This document shows positions 55,877-64,000 of a stretch of DNA of 64,000 bases, one piece after another. The position numbers and the translations under genes are program-made. Numbering within the stretch: the first letter of the stretch is position 1; each line of letters begins with the position of its first letter. Source of the stretch: Octopus vulgaris (lineage: Eukaryota); contig OX597831.1 in NCBI GenBank assembly GCA_951406725.2, positions 42,594,001 to 42,658,000 of the forward strand, written 5' to 3'. The notes beneath the pieces are model-generated. The model made no database searches. It was not told the origin of the DNA and saw nothing but the letters and a program-made list of their open reading frames with translations.

Positions 55877-56437
55877 AATGCCCTGATGCAGTATCAGACA
55901 GTGGCTCTCGTGGCTTCTGAGCTTAACTGATTGGAAGTGTTATCATGTATGTTGTTTTGTCTTGGTATAAAAGATGGGCTACAGCAAATATTCTGCTCAA
56001 TACCACAGATTTGCTTGTCAGTTGTTTGACCGTAACCAGTTGAGCATGTCCCTTAGTGGCTGACGATATGTGCATCTCTGATCACGAGCAAAAGTAGTGG
56101 GGGAGCATCATAGCCGTGTGTTGAGAGGAATTCTTAGAGGTTTTGATAATTCACCTTTGAAAACATAGGTGGTTCGTTCAACATCCTTAAATAATCCTTA
56201 TTCAGGGACCTTTTGAGCGGGATGGGCCACTCGACCAGAAAAAAATTCTAACTGGGCCCCATCTGCAGGGCCATGCGCTGTTTATCTTCATATGCGATCA
56301 CCATGTCGCGCACATATGGCTGTGATGCATGTGCCTGGTGTATCCTCATAAGACGGTTAGTTCTGATGGGTATACAGGGCTTCGTATTTTTTACCCCAGT
56401 GTCACTTTGATACTTTGATGGCATGCACTGCTCTCTC

Positions 56438-56438
<1 letters not shown>
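55877..56438 (-). mobile_element. Dispersed repeat embedded in (TAA)n, copy 2 (inverted, longer)
   Basis: Inverted homolog of 54379-54830. Confidence 0.85.
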
Positions 56439-56489
<51 letters not shown>

Positions 56490-56507
56490 GTAATAATAAT
56501 AATAATA

Positions 56508-56713
56508 TCTGTTTCATTTGACTATGGCCATGCTGGAGCACCGCCTTTAGTCGCGCAAATCGACCCCAGGACTTATTCTTTGTAAGCCTAGTACTTATTC
56601 TATTGATCTATTTTTCTGAACCGCTAAGTGACAGGAATGTAAACACACCACCATCGGTTGTCAAGCGATGTTGGGGGGGGGGAGACAAACACAGACACAC
56701 GAACGTATACATA

Positions 56714-56762
<49 letters not shown>

Positions 56763-56922
56763 GACGGGCTTCTTTTCAGTTTCCGCCTACCAAATGCACA
56801 CACAAGGCTTTGGTCGGCCCGAGGCTATAGTAGAAGACACTTGCCCAAGGTCCCACGCAGTGGGACTGAACCCGGAACATGTGGTTGGTAAGCAAGCTAC
56901 TTACCTCACAGCCACTCCTGCG
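56508..56922 (-). mobile_element. SINE family A
   Basis: Full-length reverse complement. Confidence 0.9.
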
Positions 56923-57000
56923 TCTTATGAATAGGGACGAAACACCGCTAGCATCTTGGCCGGCGTGCTAATTAATGATTCGGCCACCTCGCCAATAATA

Positions 57001-57122
<122 letters not shown>

Positions 57123-57994
57123 AACAGCCTCGAATTGTATAATGTGGACACTTCAAGGGTAATATGATATTAGCTATAGGCTAATGACCCTCAAGAGTAA
57201 TATGAAATTGATTTTAAATTAGCAGCGTGTACTTGAAATGGAGGAAAGTATCCTGACGTCATTACACCGGTTAGATAAAAAGCGAAGCTGATCTTACAAA
57301 AACTTGAACTTAGAGAACTAAAGAGGCACAACTAGATACCTCTAAATATTATGTTTGAAATCAGAGTTTCTGTCGTCGCTAAAGGTTGTTATAAAAGGCA
57401 CATGATCATACGCTTCGGTGGAGATGGAAAATATAGTGGATTATACGAGGAAAACTCCTAGTCGTCGTGTCCCCAAGTGGCGGGTAGGAGAATATGGAAA
57501 TAAACCGCCCTAGATCAAACATGGGGTGCTCGTTATCAAGGCCTGGCACCCGACATACAATTAAAATTGAAGCCATGGGAAGTAGCATGGCGGATGTGAA
57601 GTCTCGGTGGAAGAGTAATTTACTAATGGCGACACTCGTCCCGGACAGAAGACGGTCTGCGAGGTGAACAGTCGGGATTAGTAAACTTCTAAAATGTATT
57701 TCTGCTGACACTTACCGACCCAGTGACTATGGACATTATCAATCAACGAAATATATCTGAGTAAGCCCCATCAGACGAGTCTAACCCCGGTACTTAACTG
57801 GTATTTAGTTATTCATTCTCAGAATAATGGATAGCAAAGTCCGGCCACTGGAGCTAGAATTTCTGTTCAATGCCGTCTTCCCGGGAATGCTGGTCGCTAA
57901 AATAAATAATATATTTTTTATCCAATATAAGGAGGAAGCAAAAACTGTTACCAAATCTTTTTCTTCTTGTCTCTCCTTTTTTTTTGTCATCTAT

Positions 57995-58350
57995 GTTTCT
58001 CTCTTTTGATAAAGGAATAATTTCGAAACGTTGAACTTGTCCCAATTTCTTACAGTGTAAAATTTTCAATTTGCATTTCTCTTTATTTTTCTTCGTTTCT
58101 TTCTTCCTTGTTTCTGTTGTCTACAATAGATATCAGGAAAGAATAGAGGGGTGGACAATTAAATAATTTATACATTGCCTGTTTCTCTCTCTAGATAATG
58201 AAACAAGTTCGAAACGTCGAACTCGCTTCTGTTTCTTACAGCGTAAAATTATTACCTTACTTTTCTGTTTGTTTTTCTTCGTTTCTTTTTCCCCCCTTGT
58301 TTGTGTTGTCTACAATAAATACCATCAAATACTAGAGGGGTGGCCATTTA
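57995..58350 (+). repeat. Diverged tandem dimer (about 185-bp unit) with hammerhead-like remnants
   Basis: TTCGAAACGT(T/C)GAACT, TTTCTTACAG, TGTTGTCTACAATA and TAGAGGGGTGG each occur twice; TTGATAA-a-GGAA taa TTTC-GAAA-CG-TT in copy 1. Confidence 0.65.
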
Positions 58351-58430
58351 AATCCTCTATTTATTTCCTGTATAAAATTGTGTCTCTGAGCCTATATTTA
58401 AAAATCAAATATGTATTTATTCTCCTTCAC

Positions 58431-58547
58431 ATTGTTGCAATAAATAAACAGTAAATTCTTTAATCTCCTCTAATCAGATATCCAGCAGTAGGTTAACAAC
58501 ATAAATAATATTTCTTTCCATATGTCCTGACAACTATTTCCGATAGA

Positions 58548-58588
<41 letters not shown>

Positions 58589-58803
58589 TTTCCTCCTCCG
58601 CCGCATCATCCTTCTCATCATCACCATAATCTTCTTCTTCTTCTTCTTCTTCTTCTTCTTCTTCTTCTTCTTCTTCTTCTTCTTCTTCTTCTTCTTCTTC
58701 TTCTTCTTCTTCTTCTTCTTCTTCTTCTTCTTCTTCTTCTTCTTCTTCTTCTCCTCCTTCTTCTTCTCCTCTTCTTCTTCTTCTTCTTCTTCTTCTTCTT
58801 CTT

Positions 58804-58874
<71 letters not shown>

Positions 58875-59173
58875 TCTTCGTCCTCTTCGTCCTCGTCCTC
58901 GTCGTCGTCGTCGTCTTTTTCAGTTATCTCCCTTCTTCTCCTTTTCCCCTCCTCCCCTCTTCTCCCCTCCCATTCCCCCATCTCCTCCTCCTTCTTCTCC
59001 CCTCCTCCCCGCTTCCTCCATCTTTTTCTTCCCTAAACACTTAAGTCCACGACATAATTGTTGCAATAAATAAACAGTAAATTCTTTAATCTCCTCTAAT
59101 CAGATATCCAGCAGTAGGTTAACAACATAAATAATATTTCTTTCCATATGTCCTGACAACTATTTCCGATAGA

Positions 59174-59214
<41 letters not shown>

Positions 59215-59415
59215 TTTCCTCCTCCGCCGCATCATCCTTCTCATCATCACCATAATCTTCTTCTTCTTCTTCTTCTTCTTCTTCTTCTTCTTCTTCTTCT
59301 TCTTCTTCTTCTTCTTTTCCTTCTTCTTCTTCTTCTTCTTCTTCTTCTTCTTCTTCTTCTTCTCCTCCTTCTTCTTCTCCTCCTTCTTCTTCTTCTTCTT
59401 CTTCTTCTTCTTCTT

Positions 59416-59483
<68 letters not shown>

Positions 59484-59665
59484 TCTTCGTCCTCTTCGTC
59501 CTCGTCCTCGTCGTCGTCGTCGTCTTTTTCAGTTATCTCCTTCTTCTCCTTTTCCCCTCCTCCCCTCTTCTCCCCTCCCATTCCCCCATCTCCTCCTCCT
59601 TCTTCTCCCCCTCCTCCCCGCTTCCTCCATCTTTTTCTTCCCTAAACACTTAAGTCCACGACATA
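58431..59665. repeat. Tandem duplication of about 620 bp (58431-59056, 59057-59665)
   Basis: Unique portions appear identical; differences confined to microsatellite or homopolymer runs. Confidence 0.95.
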
Positions 59666-60223
59666 AACGAAACGAAACGAAACGACGTTGTGCTCTCTCA
59701 ACATTGACCAATTTACTTTCGCCCGTTGGTCACATATCCATGGCAACAACATCAAGCAGTTCCGCTAAAATCTAATATAACATCCGACTGGATAATCATT
59801 AAACTTGGAGAAATGTACGTCTTTCACAAAGCTCCTCCAACACGATACAGCTCTGTAGCTTAATTTTTAGTGATTCAATAACGATTGCCCTCTGGCATAT
59901 TTGCTCTTCTCATAGCATGTCCAATTAAACTTAACCTTTTCCGACCCCAGAATGCTTTCAGCCGAGAAACTCTGCACTTTCACAATTAGCCTTTCGTTAT
60001 TTATTCATTAAGAGTGTATGCATATTTGCAAAAGTGCATTATCCGTCTTCAGAACTTTGTGTATGATACGTTCATAGCCATTTGAGTGGCAGTATATGTT
60101 CGATGACGATGGAGTGACAAGAAGAAAAACAAAGCAAAACAAAGTAATACAAAAGACAAAAACAAAAACAAAAGAAACGAACGAATTTATCTGACAACCC
60201 AGTTCTATTATATCTATAATATA

Positions 60224-60441
60224 AGGCGGCGATCTGGCAGAATGGTTAGCACAACAGGCGAAATGCTTGGTGGTATTTCGTACGTCTTCACGTTCTGTGT
60301 TCAGATTTCGCCGAGCTCGACTTTGCCTTTCATCCTTTCGGGGTCGATAAAATAAGTACCAGTTACGCACTGGGGTCAATGTAATCGTCTATCCCTCTCC
60401 CACAAACTTCAGGCCTTATGCCTATAGTAGAAAGGATTATA
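60224..60441 (+). mobile_element. SINE family B
   Basis: Full head, core and tail; tail-to-tail with the next SINE. Confidence 0.9.
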
Positions 60442-60444
60442 TTC

Positions 60445-60633
60445 TCTCTTTTACTTGTTTCAGTCATTTGACAGTGGCCATGCTGGAGCACCGCCTTTAG
60501 TCGAGCAAATCGACCCCAGGACTTATTCTTTGTAAGCCTAGTACTTATTCTATCGGTCTCTTTTGCCGAACCGCTAAATTGCGGGGACGTAAACACACCA
60601 GCATCGGTTGTCAAGCGATGTTGGGGGACAAAT

Positions 60634-60708
<75 letters not shown>

Positions 60709-60858
60709 TATATACGACGGGCTTCTTTCAGTTTCCGTCTACCAAATCCACTCACAAGGCTTTGGTCGGCCCGAGGCTATAGTAGAAGATACTTGCCCAA
60801 GCTGCCACGCAGTGGGACTGAACTCGGAACCATGTGGTTCTTAAGCAAGCTACTTACC
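60445..60858 (-). mobile_element. SINE family A
   Basis: Consensus-like reverse complement. Confidence 0.9.
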
Positions 60859-61591
60859 TGACTGCCCCGCCAACACTATAATTTTATACCATGAAGGAAT
60901 AGTAGTATAAAGGAATAGTCGTATATATATATATATTCATAATACTATTTCTATATATTATATACTGTACTACGACGAAGACATATACCTATTTGGTACA
61001 AAGGAATAGTAATATATATTCTCAATAATATGAGAACTGGCCAGAAGAAGGTCTTCAGAGCGCTGTATTTTTATACCATGAACACGTTCATAGTTGGTTC
61101 ATAGGAATAGTACTAAATATTCATAATACTGTTCCTATATGCTATTATATGTATTGTATACTTTTATACTATGAAGACACACATGTTATGCGTGTATGTA
61201 ATTTGTAACTATGGTCTGACAAGGTAATTTTTACAACTCAACTAGAAAGAGACACTTTAAAAATACTGTTATATTATATTAAAGCTGTTTTATTCCAAAA
61301 TTTTCAACGCATTGTGAGTTTAAATGCGTCAGGCGCTTCCGTTATGAGATTGTCAGCAATGAACGTTAATTTCCTGTTACGTCCAAATGCTATTCATTGC
61401 AGTGTTTTATTCTCGTAGATCTGACTCTCTGTGCGACATACGTACATACATACATACATACATACATACATACATACATACATACATACATACATACACA
61501 CACACAAGCATATATACATAAATACACACACATAAAATTTATTCCTAATTAGTGGTAGGATGTTGGTATGGGTAAATAAGAGAAAGATATG

Positions 61592-61687
<96 letters not shown>

Positions 61688-61740
61688 TATATATATATAC
61701 ACACATACATATACATGTATGTATTTAAATTATATATATG

Positions 61741-61779
<39 letters not shown>

Positions 61780-61911
61780 CAAATTTACATAAAACAAAAG
61801 ACAATGACAGGTGAGTAAACAACAAGCAAGTGTATTAGTGTGACGTATGTGTGAGTGTGTGTGTATGAGTGTATGTGCGTGCGTATGGGTGTGTGCGCGC
61901 GCATACACATA

Positions 61912-62380
61912 CAGGTGTCGAACAAAATCATGGAAACGCCACTTTTATTTATTCAATGGACAAATTCAAAACTGCCGTAGTCTGTATATTTGTTTGCTTA
62001 TGCATTAAGTATACCTTCTACTTAATGCTTTCTGTTTTTCCTGTTGTTTTTTGCAGGTATTTATATGTAAATAAGTTAAAATCCGGGACTTATCTGATTT
62101 CCAAAGCGGACAAACTGATGGGGCGTGGATGCCTGGCACATCACTCATTAAAACTGCACAATTGTTTAATATTGTGAGATGCACATTCTCTAAAATCATG
62201 TTGGCATTCCAAGACCAAGGTAAAACCACCTCTGTCAAGTTTAATTTTGAACGGAAGTTCACCGAGAGAGGCCAAGAAGTATAGTCTCTCAAAACCATCG
62301 AACTACGGCAGCAAAAGTTACAGAAGAGCTAAACCACCACCTTGCTAACCCTAAAACCGTTTGTCAAACTTCTACTGCCA
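61912..62380 (+). mobile_element. Tc1-like transposon 5' remnant
   Basis: TA-CAGGTGTCGAACAAAATCATGGAAAC terminus; DLSDFQSGQ..SLIKTAQLFNIVRCTFSKIM..QGKTTS and NHRTTAAKVTEELN. Confidence 0.8.
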
Positions 62381-64000
62381 CCATTTCAATATTGATAAGT
62401 AGGAAGAAATGGTGTCAAGACTATCAGAAGTGGTCAATGGCTATCTATATTGTTATGAATTTTCCGTGAGCTTGCTCCCTCAATTTCAACACATATGTAA
62501 CTTTGTGAAGACTTTTAAAATGGCTGGACGATTTAGCGTCTTCTATTTTATATGATATATATATAATCATTTATGCATGGTACTTAATGTAAATGGCTCA
62601 CACTATGCAATTTCCCTACAGTATTCGTCCGTAAATAATTCCTCTCTTCAACGTGCTATGTTTAAAGGCAATATATATATTGGAGTGAGATGAAAACCGA
62701 CCCAGTAGTGGTACCTACAGCCAACGTGCTTAGATAAAGTCTGTCACCACTGATATATAGGAAAACAGTGAACAGACAATCACTGGTGTTGCTTAATAGG
62801 CAAACAACTTAATAGAAATCCATGATGAAGCAGTATTAAATACAAATAATACAGAAGTAGTATTAAATTAAAATAGCAGAGAACGGATTTTTATTCCAAC
62901 AGGCGGCTATTTGCAGCATGAGTAATCGTTGAGAAGAAAAAAAAAAGAAAAGAAGATACAACAGACTGAAGTAATTCCTTTTTAGATTAATATATCTCTC
63001 CCCCATCACATTTTCCCAGATGAGTTTCCATTATTACAAAGAAAAAAGATTATGTATATCGTACTTTAATTGCTGTTTGAACCAACTTTAAACTTATCAA
63101 AGAATAACCCCACCGACATATTTCTGAAGCTGTCATTTTCCCTGCTTCGTTCCTGTTAATTTTATAATTTCGAATTCGTTAAATTCAATTTATTACAAAG
63201 CAGAATTGCTTCTTAATAAGTAATATGCTTGGTTAATTGTTCTTTTAATACCTTATTATATAAATCATCCAGTGCTGTTTTAAAGCATTTGTATCTTTTC
63301 TACTGCAATCAGTAAATGCTTGAAGACGGGTTTTGGTTTTTTCCACAGGGAAACTCACTCTGATCAACTATCTGACAGCTCTCGTTCCTCACAGTGCCCA
63401 TATCACTCTATGTAACTCATTTACCGTGATCACTCACAAGAAAGATTTGATTTGAAAGGCGGTTATTGGCTTAGGAAGGTAAAGCTAGTAAGACACAGAG
63501 TACCATAGAAAACCGGAATACGTAATTTTGACTTTTCAAATATACAACAAATAATTTTAAGTCAAAAGTGTGAACAAGCTGAGATAAAAATCACCGCAAC
63601 AAGTAAATGCTTGATGTGAATTAGGGAGAAAAAGAAGTGATGTAAAAGAATCAGAAGCAAGGCTCCACGTAGAAAGAATAACCACAAAACAAAATGAAGC
63701 ACAGGAAGAAATAAAATAAGGCAACGTTCGAAATAGAATAAAGACGAATAACTAAAATATTCCTGACTGAAAATGCACAAGAATCACTAAACGAATGTTA
63801 AGTGTTGGAGATTAAATCTAGAGTGTTTATTGTCCCCAAAGTTGAAGAAAAAAAAACCATCACACAAGACACGCAAATGAAATTATTCAAAATAGAAGAA
63901 AAGAAAGAGTTGACAGTAATAAAGTGTACAACAATACTTTTACAGAAGAAAATTTACTGTGTCGTTAATGTGGTCCCATGCATATTGCTTGTTAATTTTA

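Noticed and set aside
57440-57700. HDV-like ribozyme in a GC-rich LINE 5'UTR-like segment
   Set aside because: Could not build the nested double pseudoknot by eye

Overview
Non-coding, repeat-saturated animal genomic DNA. It is most likely octopus/coleoid cephalopod, inferred from the SINE families and the extreme density of (TA)n, (CA)n, (TATG)n and (TAA)n microsatellites. No intact host protein-coding gene can be supported; almost all long ORFs in the track are translated microsatellites. The window holds four tRNA-derived SINE families, remnants of RTE and R4/Dong-type (restriction-like endonuclease) LINEs, a Penelope-like GIY-YIG fragment, a near full-length mariner, two maT/DD37D-type remnants and one Tc1 remnant, a probable Helitron, piggyBac-like MITEs and a probable solo LTR. 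The most notable signal is a set of unrelated short non-coding elements, mostly beside (TA)n tracts and often folded back as long inverted repeats, that carry minimal type I hammerhead ribozyme motifs (2.1, 19.6, 24.3/24.6, 25.1, 30.2/30.4, 58.0 kb). Several have a U3-A8 compensatory core. There is also a CpG-poor to CpG-rich transition near 33.7 kb, suggesting a methylated gene body on the left. All calls were made by eye and repeat boundaries are approximate.
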